Assembly (NCBI GenBank): GCA_943704425.1
Contig: CALSCP010001670.1
Span: 1-64,000 of the forward strand
Direction of reading: 5' to 3'
Source of the DNA: Ministeria vibrans ATCC 50519
Taxonomy: Eukaryota; Protista; Filasterea
Length of the DNA stretch: 64,000 bases
Shown here one piece after another: positions 1 to 10,639 of the stretch. Under the pieces are notes generated by a model that searched no databases, was not told the origin of the DNA, and saw only the letters and a program-made list of their open reading frames with translations. Made by a program: the position numbers and the translations under genes. How positions within the stretch are numbered: position 1 is the first letter of the stretch; every line of letters starts with the position of its first letter.

Positions 1-443
1 TAATAATTATTATTGTGTTTGATATTGCATTCACGGCTAAGCTCTTGTTAAGTTTATGGTGACGATAACCCAATTGAGAACTTGTGAGTTGTGAATTGTG
101 ATGCATTATTGATGCATTGTGTTTAGGTTTGAGCAACTTCCACCAATGCATCTGGTAAGATGAAAGGTTTCGCGTTTGTACTGTTGTCACTAAGACCACT
201 TGTCACTTGAGGAACTTTTACTTGCGCCTTGACGGACAAAGAAATAAAGTGAACGATCAACGAATAACAACGATCTTTTGCAGAGCATATTTTTTAGTTG
301 ACTGTATCCTCTGCTCTGTTTACTGTTATTTTCTTTACAATTTACATCGTTTTCTAACTTTCCTGCTCACCCTTCATTGAACAATAGCCGCAACACACAC
401 ATACACACACACACACACTCTCTCTCTCTCTTCTAATCGCAAC

Positions 444-1453
444 ATGCCGCAAGATAAAGGGCTGTATACTCACGATGGAGAGGAGTTTTTTGCGACAAAC
501 CGTCGCCGAGAATCGCGCGCGCCGCTTACAGAGCCGTCTCGGGACGCACACAGCAGCGATGTTGAGGATGGCGGGCGTACCGGGTGCTGCTCGCCTGTCA
601 GCGCACGCCCCGAGACTTGGCGCGGCCTCCTCGCGGCGTGCTATGCGCTTGTGGGTGCGCTGTTGCTCGGCGCAACGCTCACTTCAAATTGGACTGTGTA
701 CAAAATGGACACTGTTGCCGGTCTGCCGCGCCGTCGATACTGGCTCGGCATGGTCCGCTCGTGCGAGCAGGAGTGGGATGCCTCCAACACGCTCTTTGTG
801 GACCGTTGTTTCTGGCATGTCCCAAATTCCGAGAACGAACTCTTTGTGACCGTCTTTGGCGTCACTGTCCTCGCCTGCATCCTTGCCTTCCTTGCCTTCT
901 TCTCCGTCTTCATCTGGTGTGGCTGTGACTCCTTCAAGGGTGTCTTTAGAAACATGGTTTATCCTATTGGTAACACAAAATGGGCAAACCTCTCTTATTC
1001 TCTCGTGGCGGCGAGACAGAGGTCTTACCGCGTTGGGCGCGCACAGTCTCCATGNNNNNNNNNNNNNNNNNNNNNNNNNNNNNNNNNNNNNNNNNNNNNN
1101 NNNNNNNNNNNNNNNNNNNNNNNNNGTAAATGGTCTCTCAACCCTCCAACCTGCATAAAACGTGTGACTGAACTCGTAGCTTGCTGTCCCCGCAACCCAT
1201 CTTCTGACTTCTCCTCTCTCTCTCGATCTCTCTCTCACTCGATCTCTCTCTCGCTCTGTCTGCACAGTGCTCTGCACCCTTCTCGGCGTCTTTCTCTTTC
1301 CCGCCGGCTGGGGCGAGATTTACGTGTTTGGCTTCAACGGCGGCGTGGGACTGTCGCAGGGCGGCGCCTACACCATCCCTGAATACTGGTCGGCTGGCTA
1401 CTCCTACGCTCTTCTCGTTATCAGCGCTGCATTTTCCGTCTTTATGGTCAGGC

Positions 1454-1492
<39 letters not shown>

Positions 1493-2860
1493 GAAATTTC
1501 ACACCTGTCGAATTCCATCGCCTGTTCTCACTGGATGCGTCTTGCGTAGGTGTACTGGACATTCAAAGAACCAAAATGGATGGTTGCCGGGGAGGATTTC
1601 TCGATGGACTTCTTTGTGGGGGACAACAAGGGACACCTGAGCGCACGGAATGCGACGATTGAACGCGACTGGGACGAGTACGACCACGGCCTGGGCACCA
1701 TTGGCGTCGACGACATGCATGCACAGAATGCGGCCTTGTCGCTCAATGACCAGTAAGCAGTCCTGCTTCTTCTCTTCTTCCGCTCTGGCCCACTCAACAT
1801 TTCTTTTTTAAGTTCGTGTTGGTTTGTTAAATTCTTTTTCATGTTCGTGTTGGTTTGTTATTATTATCAACACTATAATTAATTTTATTAATTCTTCTTC
1901 TCTTTTCTATTTCAGCACTCCTCGTCAGCAGTGGGCGTACGATGGCGAGACAGCCGTGTCGAGTGGTCTTTCGCCGGCGCCCGCAAGCATGGCACAAGCC
2001 TCACAGCCCAATAGTTTTGCCAATCGCGACCAACCCCGCGTGCTCTTTGTGGTGGGTGGGCCGGGAGCGGGTGCGGCTCAGCAAGGGGCACTGCTCGCTG
2101 CTCACTTTGGCATGGTGCATGTGGACGCAAGGATCGCCGTGAAGCACATCACGACGTCGTCGAGTACGCTTGGTGCGCGTCTCAAGACGTACGCCCTGCG
2201 TGCAGAGCCTCTCCCCTCTGTCATGATTGTCATTGTGTTGCGCACCGCCATTGAAGAGTCTTTGAGACGTCACCCCGACAAAAAGGACTTTGTTATTACT
2301 GGCTTTCCCGACGAAAAGTCTCAAGTAAGAAGAAGAACGTATTACTAAGATTCAGAATGAGGATGATTCAAAATAAATTCACGTCGCATTGTTGTAAAAT
2401 TCTTATTAATATTTTTTTTGTTCTTTTTAGGCTGAGATATTTGAACGAGACGTGGTTCGGTCGGAAGGCATGGTCTTTTTAGACTGCCCCAAGATGCAAA
2501 TGGAATTGCGCGTGGCAAAGAATCTGAGTGAAGCGGGAGGACATGTTGACCGAGTGGAGATTCGCGAGCACATTGACAAGACTCTCTCGGCCTTTCCCGA
2601 CTTACTTACGTACTTTCGGCTGCGCGACCATCTTGCGGTGGCGCAAATTCGACACGAGCCCGACGAGACCTTTGCACAAGTGCGTACGGCAACTGAGCAA
2701 CTCATGACGTGGAACGGCGACGATATGTCGCTGGCGATGTCACAACGGAGTCGTGGGAGCAGTCGATACGGCAGTCGCAGTGGGAGTCGCAGGAGTCGCC
2801 ACAATGTGAGCATGTCCAATGTGAATACTGCTGCATCGCCACTCGTCATCAACAACACCA

Positions 2861-2893
<33 letters not shown>

Positions 2894-3564
2894 ACGACGA
2901 TGTCGCGTCCTTGTCAAGCTCACGTGCGAGCAGTCGAGTGAACAAAACCCACAAGCTGTGGGTGCCAGCCACGGTGCGCAAACGGGCGGGTCTCGGTCTG
3001 AGCCCACAGTCTCCACCACAAGCATCCACCAACTCTCACGCTGCGCGACAGCACCAACAGCGCCTAAACGAACAACAACAACAGCAACAACAGGAAGAGA
3101 TGTCGACGCACACTCCTCCTGCTGGCATGCAAGGCACATCGCGTCTCCGTCGCTCCTCTGGATCTGACTCCAACACTGACGACGATCTGTACGTTCCCTC
3201 CACATATCAACCATCGTCTCGTGTCGCCATTCCGGGACCCAGTGACGACGACGACGACGACGACGACAACAACGAAGACGACGACGAAGGTGCATCAAGC
3301 GTAGACGAAGAAGGCCTCACGACGGACAACAGGGTCTACAACGACGACGACGACACAGACTTTATTGACTCCACCACAGCCGCCAACACTAACGCCAATG
3401 CTCGCTCTAGCTCCTTCCTCACTCGCTCCTCTGCGCACCAACAGCACCACCAGACTGACCCTCTCGACAGCGACGCAGACATCCCTCCGCCTCCCCCTGC
3501 GCCTCCACAGCCTCGCATGCCCGCGCGAGCCAACAGCAACATTCAAATTAACCGAAAAAGATGA
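444..3564 (+). CDS. Spliced gene: LHFPL/claudin-superfamily tetraspan membrane domain fused to a degenerate adenylate/UMP-CMP kinase-like domain and a low-complexity tail
   Basis: Approximate exons 444-969, 1270-1447, 1550-1752, 1916-2324, 2431-3564 with GT-AG ends. Has TM1 followed by W...WLGMVRSC...C (claudin-like loop), LGVFLFPAGWG and WSAGYSYALL (LHFPL-like), then VLFVVGGPGAGAAQQGALLAAHFGMVHV, FVITGFP and VFLDCP (ADK-like). Confidence 0.65.
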
Positions 3565-3674
3565 TGACAATAAATTCATATTACTATCAATCGTACACAT
3601 ATCAAATCAAATCCTCGACGCATCTCAAAGTAAAAAAAAAAATGATTATTATTATTACTAATTGGTCCGGCTAC

Positions 3675-4034
3675 TCAAAAGGAGAGCCATTCATTCATAT
3701 ATTCACAAGTCGTCGGGGAGATAATTCCACCGGGCACACAGGCGGCCCTTGACGGGCACATGTAACAAGGGGCAACAAGGGACTCGGCAAGCTGCGTCGG
3801 GTCCGGCGCCACAGCACGGTACACATCAGTGGTCGTCTTCCACTGCGGACGACGCGCGTGGTACTCACGCGGCAGCTCAGGTGCCGGCCAGGGGGAACGC
3901 ACGACGCGCCGGTCAAACACAAGCGCCGTCAGCACTGCCCTTGCGTCATCAAGGCTAATATCCACATTGGACACCTATATTAAAGATTAAAGATAAAAAC
4001 CGTCGAACCACTGCCCCACATAAAGCATACACAA

Positions 4035-4065
<31 letters not shown>

Positions 4066-5088
4066 GACAGACAGTGTCGCTTACGCCAGTCCCAGACACA
4101 TAAGCAATAATATCTTCTGCTGACTGGTATGTGTTGAGTCGCTGTTCAAACAAATTCCAGTCGGCATTCCCTTCAGCTGCTTCTCTCTGTTTCAAAAATA
4201 CAAAATGAATAGAGCCTTCTCAAACTTGTAACAATTTACCTTTGAGTTGAGAAATTCTCTGAAAATGGAGGTCAGAAGATTTGCAAAGGACACATCGAAT
4301 TTCTCGTCTTCGTAGAACGCGCCGCCAGTGAGAGCACGACTGGGCGTCATGTCGTAGAGCATGTACACCTTCTTCTTCGACGACTACAAATAATTCATGT
4401 GTCAAGCAAAGACATAACACAAATGAATGAGACATAATAACACAAAGGAATGAGACACATACCACAACTGTTTTGACGGGCTTGATGAGTTTCTTGCTCT
4501 CAAGAGACTTGAGTGACTTGTTGATGACGTTTGTCGGCAGGTTAGTCTTCTTTTTGATGTCGCGCGACCAAATGCCTTAAAAAGCAATGAGAAATCACAG
4601 TCAGACACACACAGTTCTGGGCATCATGAAGAACAGCAGGAATTGGGAGGAGCCAGTGCCACCAGCGACACACAAAAAAAAAAAAAAAAAAAAGCGAAAC
4701 AGACGAAAATCTTACCAATATTGCCGCTCTGCTGAATCAACTGATAGATGTGTCTGTCGTCGCCCGAGGCGCCCTCGAGGGATTTGTTGTCGCCAGCAAG
4801 GCCAGTCGCGCGCACTCGCAGCGGATCGTGTCCGAGAAACTCCAAATGGCCTTTGGACGCCAAGCCGTTGATACACTCCATGAAGGCCGCGTTGGACACG
4901 ACCAAGTGCTCTACTAATGCCGTGTATATGTCCTGAGCTGGGCTGCCCTTCTACAAAGGCGCAGGAGCGGTAAGAGAGCGCGAAGACACATCAAGTGCGC
5001 CACAGCTTGCCTTGGTGTCGCATCGCGCCAGGATTTCCTTGGCCAGGTCGTACCCAGAAGGCCCTGCCTCGTCCTCGTCGTCCGCCAT
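3675..5088 (-). CDS. POLR3F: RNA polymerase III subunit RPC34/RPC6
   Basis: Exons give IYQLIQQSGNIGIWSRDIKKKTNLP...KSLKSLESKKLIK, KKVYMLYDMTPSRALTGGAFY and the C-terminal Fe-S motif PCYMCP..C..ISPTTCEYMNEWL. Confidence 0.9.
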
Positions 5089-5215
5089 CTCAAAAAAAAA
5101 AAGATTAATAATTCAAAATTTAGAAGAAGAAGACACAATGAGATATAACTTGACTCATTTTTGCGTATTCGTTTGCCAACTTTTTACTTTCCTATAATTT
5201 TTACTTTTCTTTCTA

Positions 5216-7187
5216 ATGCATTTCCTCCTTGCTTTGCTGACTGTTTCAGCACTGCCGTGGACGACTCTGGCCACAGCCAAGTCGTGGAGCGACGTGACAG
5301 ACTTGCTCCATGCGCAAATCGCCAATCATTCCTTTCCCGGCTGTGTCGCCGCTGTGATCAACAGCGACGGCTTCCTGTACTTGGAGGCGCTTGGCAACTA
5401 CACGTATGGTGCTGCTACGCCGCTGAGTCCGGCTGGACGTCCTATGGAGAAAGATGTAGACAATTTTTTCGTCACCTGAACTTCATTCATTCATTTCCGC
5501 TTCTTTTACAGACTCTGTTTGACCTGGCATCTCTCACCAAGGTGCTCGCCACCACCACGGCCGCCATGACCTTTTACCAGCGCGGCGAACTTGATCTGGG
5601 TAACACACAAACACAAAAGAGACACATTATTGTTAAACACACACACACAACAACACATTCACTCACTCTTCTTATGACCAAAGATATGCTTGTCTGTGAC
5701 GACCGATTGCTTGGCGCTGGGTTTGCCAATCATGGCAAGGAGGTCATTACCATCCGCAACCTTCTCATGCACAACGCGGGCTTCCCACCAGACCCGGATC
5801 CTGAATACTGTAACAGCAAAAACACACATGCACTAAAATACGTTACTAATAATAATAATTTATTATTATTATTTTATTATTTTTTTTGGCTGCTGTGTGT
5901 TTTGTTTTTGTAGGGAGTCGCGAGTTTGCGTGCTCGTCCACTCTCCAGCCAGTTCCACCGGAGACCTTTGACTGCCGTGATCGTATTTACAAGGCACTCC
6001 TACAGCAGACCCTCGAAAATACTCCGGGCGAAGTGTTTCTCTACTCCGACTTGTCCATGGTACGCCCTATCAAAAGGGTCTCTCGCGTCTATTTTTGACG
6101 TTTTGCGTTGTTGTTAGATCACGATGATGTTTGTATTGGGCACTCTTGCTCGTGATTTGCATTACATCAGTCCTTCAGAGTTACTCACAGACTGCGCCCA
6201 GGGACCCGAACCGTAAAAACCCTAAACCCTAACCCTAACCCTAACTCTAACCCTAACATCCTACATTGACTCTCTTTTAGACTTACGCAGTGTTACTACG
6301 AATCGTATGTGCGTAAATATGTCATTGAACTCGTTGGAATGCCCGACTCGGGGTTTCTCCCCAAAGAGTCATTGCATGAAAAGTGCGCTCCAACAGAAAA
6401 CAATACTTATGAGAACACTCAAATTCAAGGCAAGAAAAAAAAAAAGATGAAAAATAATAATAATAATTATTATAATAATACTAATGATAATAATAATAAT
6501 AATAATTAAAATTTCCTGTTTTGTGAATTTTACGTGATGAAACGTCCTTCTCTTACTCTCAGTGTTAAAACACAGAGGCACAATTCACTCACTCACTCAA
6601 CTATCACTCGTACTTTCTTTTCTTATTGTCATTTTTATTGCGTCACACTCATTTTATTTATTACCGTTAGGACGAGTGAGCGACGGCAACTCATACGTTC
6701 TTGGAGGGATCGCAGGACACGCCGGACTGTTCAGCAGTGCTCCTTCCATTGCGCGTCTCTTGCACCGTCTCCAATTCCCTTCACCTTCCACTGCCCATTG
6801 GCTCAACCAAACGACGATCAGTGAGTGGACACGCGCTCAGAATCTGTCGCAGAGCAGTCGCGCACTCGGTTGGGACACCAATGACTATACTATGAACACG
6901 TATCGCGGGTGTGCTGACCTCTCCGAGACTACCTTTACTCACACTGGGTACTGACCATTTTTCATTTTTTCTTTTTTTTAAAATTTGGTGTACTGACTGA
7001 GAGTGCATTGGTGTTTAGGTACACTGGAACTGAAGTGTGTAATGATCCCGTGCGCAAAATTTCGACCATTTTGCTGACAAATCGGTGTTATCCCGACGAT
7101 TCTTCCACGTCCAAGGAGAAGATCCATCGTGCTCGGCAGATGTTTAATAATGCCGTGAGAGATGTGGTCGATGGACTGTTGGAATAA
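5216..7187 (+). CDS. Secreted beta-lactamase-family serine hydrolase (AmiE/NamA-like)
   Basis: Signal peptide MHFLLALLTVSALPW; FDLASLTK (SxxK), LLMHNAG, YSDLSM, GRVSDGN..GGIAGHAGLFS, HTGYTGT, LLTNR; multi-exon. Confidence 0.85.
6218..6258 (+). repeat. Interstitial telomere-type (CCCTAA)n/(TTAGGG)n tract inside intron 6213-6280
   Basis: aaccctaaaccctaaccctaaccctaactctaaccctaac read directly. Confidence 0.85.
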
Positions 7188-7236
7188 AAACGATCAGTGG
7201 TAGTGAGTGAATAAAGTGATTACTATTTTTTCTGTT

Positions 7237-7998
7237 ATGCTCCGCAACGTCGCCAGCGAGAGCTTCCGCTCGCTCCAGCGCGTCAAGGGGATGCTGGTGG
7301 AACTCCGCGCTGATCCCAAGTGGGCGCGCCGGCTCAATGGCGCCGTAGAACGTCTTGAAAAAGCGGTCGACGACAAACCAGACACTTTTCGCGTTTGCTT
7401 TTGTGGTGACAGTTTCACTGGCAAAACGTCCCTGGTCAACAGCCTTGCTCTCAGGTCAGCGTCTTGCTGTGCCACACCCCCTCCCCACGCGCGCACCCCT
7501 ATCTCTCTCATACGACCGTTCCTTGTTCCTTTTTTTTTTGTCGCAGAGAGACGGATGCCGATCGCAAAAGTGTCGCCATCACAACGACTCCCGTCTCTCT
7601 CGAGAGCCTCCAGCAGCCGAGCGACGTGCCTCTTGCCACGGAGGCCTCGTTCCCCCCGGCCGGCGTGGTACTTACCTAATCATCTATCGCTGTGCGATCC
7701 CAAAACACATTTTTCTGATTTTGATTTTCTTTAGACGCGCACTGTCGACTATGCTGAGACTATTGGCAGCTCTGTGACGCACGATCAGATGCATGTTCAC
7801 ATCCCATCACCTTGTACCGCGCACCAATGCCCAGTTAGCAACTGATGATTGGGACTAACACCATTTCACTTTTCTCTCATAGTTTTGCGCAGTCTCAACG
7901 CCTCTTTCATTGACATGTCGAGTCTCAGCCTGACTCACCGTGCGGGACTCGACCCGCGCCTCAACGAAAAGGTACAGATATATATATATATATATATA

Positions 7999-8084
<86 letters not shown>

Positions 8085-8771
8085 CGCGTTGACATACAAC
8101 ACCATTTCTCAGATGGCCGCCAACAGTGATCTGGTTGTGTTTGTCACGTCGATTGACCGACGTGCGTGCGATCGTTACGAGCGCGATCTGCTTCACTCGG
8201 TGCGCCACACGCCCACTCTTGTAGCGCTCAACCGCACCGACCGCTGTACGGATGTGAGCGAAGAACAATTGATGCTTGACGAGACGTCAGCGAGTGTGGC
8301 GTCGTCCAACGCATCCCGTCTCGCCTCCACCTCCGTCTTCTCCACATCCGCACGCACCGGCGACACCGACTCGCTTGCTCACGCACTTCATGCCGCCTCT
8401 CTCCCCTCTGCACGCATCCAATCCTCGGCGCTGCGTGGCGTCCGGCTCGGCCAGGAGCTTCTCACAACCGCCGCCACCAGTGTCCTGCGCGCTTCCGAGC
8501 GACGCATGCGCGACAAACGCACGCTCGTCTTTCGTGTCCGCGAAGAACTCGCTCGCTACGAAAACGAACTTATCTCCGAATTCGCCAAAGTACGAAAAAG
8601 CGCCTTGTCTTTTTATCTGATTGTGTGTGTGTATGAGTGAGTCAGTGCGATTTGGCGCTTCACTTTGTCTATTTTGTCTGTTTTATTTTGTCTTACTTTA
8701 CTTTCTCTCTATCACTTTGTGTCTTACTTACTCTTATCACCTTCTTTCTCGCCTCTCTCTCTCTTTCTTTC

Positions 8772-8869
<98 letters not shown>

Positions 8870-8985
8870 GTTCTTTCTCTTTCTTTCGTTCTTTCTCTCT
8901 CTTTCTTTCTTTATCTTTTTTTTTCTCTTTTTTCTCGCTGTGTGTTTATGTGTGCAGGAGGATTGGGAAGCGATTNNNNNNNNNN

Positions 8986-9069
<84 letters not shown>

Positions 9070-10237
9070 GTTCTTTCTCTTTCTTTCGTTCTTTCTCTCT
9101 CTTTCTTTCTTTATCTTTTTTTTCTTCTCTTTTTTCTCGCTGTGTGTTCATGTGTGCAGGAGGATTGGGAAGCGATTGATTTAACAATGATGAAAGTTCG
9201 CACTCGCGTCAGTGACTATTTTGCAACAGAGCTCAGTGGAGTGCGTCTGCTGAGCAACGCGCTGTTGGGTCGCATTGCAAATGGGATTGATGCAGCGTTT
9301 GAAGGCGATTTCCTAAAGGTACCCGCTTCCCCTTCCTCTCTATCCTTGGTCGAATTTGTCACTGCTCTCAACTCGGGTTTTATTTTTATTTTTATTTTTA
9401 TTATTTTATTTTTAGCGGATTGCGTATCGAATGGCATTTACATCGGGAAAACTGTCTGAAGGAGGAGATCGCGAGTTGAGTTTTGCTGTGGATGAGTTAC
9501 GGACTGAGATTGTGGAGGATTTGGCAATGGAAGAGCATCCGTTGACAGCATTGGCGGCGCAGGAGACGAGTGCGGCACTCAAGGCTGTGCTGCGTGCACC
9601 GAGTCTGCGTAAGGTGCAAATGCACTCTGCTGCTGCTGCTGCTGCTGGCGGCGGTGGTGGTGGTGGGAGTAGTGGTGGTGCTGCCACTGCTGCGAATGCG
9701 ACGACGAGTGTGCCAGCGGATGTTGATGTTGATGTGGATGCGAGTGCACGCGCACTGGATGACGCGCATGAGCTGTCCAGTCGGGTCCATGCCCGCTTCC
9801 GTGAATTTGACCATGTTGCATTGTGTCGCGGTGCGGATGCGGATCTCTCTATGGCAACTACACAGGCGTTGGTACTTCAAGTGCTTGGTGCGGCCGCTGT
9901 GTCGGTCGTTGCGCTGCCTTTGCTCCCGTCCGTCTGTGCTCTCGTGGGCACCACTGCCACTGGCTACGGATGGCTCGTGTATCGTCGAAATCGTGTCCGC
10001 AATACCATTCACGAAGAGCTCAACCAGCTCCAACGCAAGGTCAAGGACGACCTTGCAAGTGCTTTTGTTGGGCGCGTTCACGACTCCCTCTTTAAGCCCA
10101 TCCTCCAGTCCGTTGACAGCATCCTCAACGTCCACGATAACACCATCCGCCAGCTCTCTCTTCAGCACGACCGTGCTCATGCCCTTGTCACCGAACTCAA
10201 ACAACTCGAACTCAAACTTGAACAATGTACAAACTAA
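7237..10237 (+). CDS. Dynamin-superfamily (bacterial DLP/FZL/mitofusin-like) protein with degenerate GTPase motifs and a C-terminal hydrophobic hairpin
   Basis: FRVCFCGDSFTGKTSLVNSL (G1), FIDMSS (G3 position), SDLVVFV, LVALNRTD (G4), helical middle, LQVLGAAAVSVVALPLLPSVCALVGTTATGYGWLVYRR, then coiled coil. Confidence 0.65.
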
Positions 10238-10639
10238 AAACTTTTTTTCATACGAAATTGTTAAAAATAACATCAATTTTAATAATAATAATAATAGTGC
10301 AGTGGGGACTCCCATGTAAGGGTCTACCTGTGCCTCCACACACTCTTCTAGTGAGTGTATCAGTGGGTCTATGGGCTTCTTTCGGGACATTATCATCTAG
10401 AAGTCTTCGGCGGAAGTTTTTTGTATATTGTCTTGTTTTGACATTGAGTACAGCTCTCGATTCTCTAGTTATTTTCTTAACAATAATGAGACTTTGAAAA
10501 GTGACGTCAGTGTATGCACTCTGCGATTTACCCCTTTTTGTTTTATTTTTCATTTTTTTACGAACTTTTTATTTTAATACTTTTTTTTTCAAGTTACAGG
10601 GTCATTTGTGTTACTCACACACAAAAAGAATTGTTCTCT

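Noticed and set aside
5216-7187. Antibiotic-resistance gene or bacterial contamination
   Set aside because: Multiple spliceosomal introns; the fold is shared by many non-resistance hydrolases.
8760-9175. Near-exact duplication of an intron end and exon start (…gtgcaggaggattgggaagcgatt) on both sides of a 10-N gap
   Set aside because: Typical unmerged contig overlap or allelic assembly artefact, not a real exon duplication.
8621-9459. ORFs rich in SLSL, ERER, CVCV or HTHT here and throughout the window
   Set aside because: Translations of intronic microsatellites.
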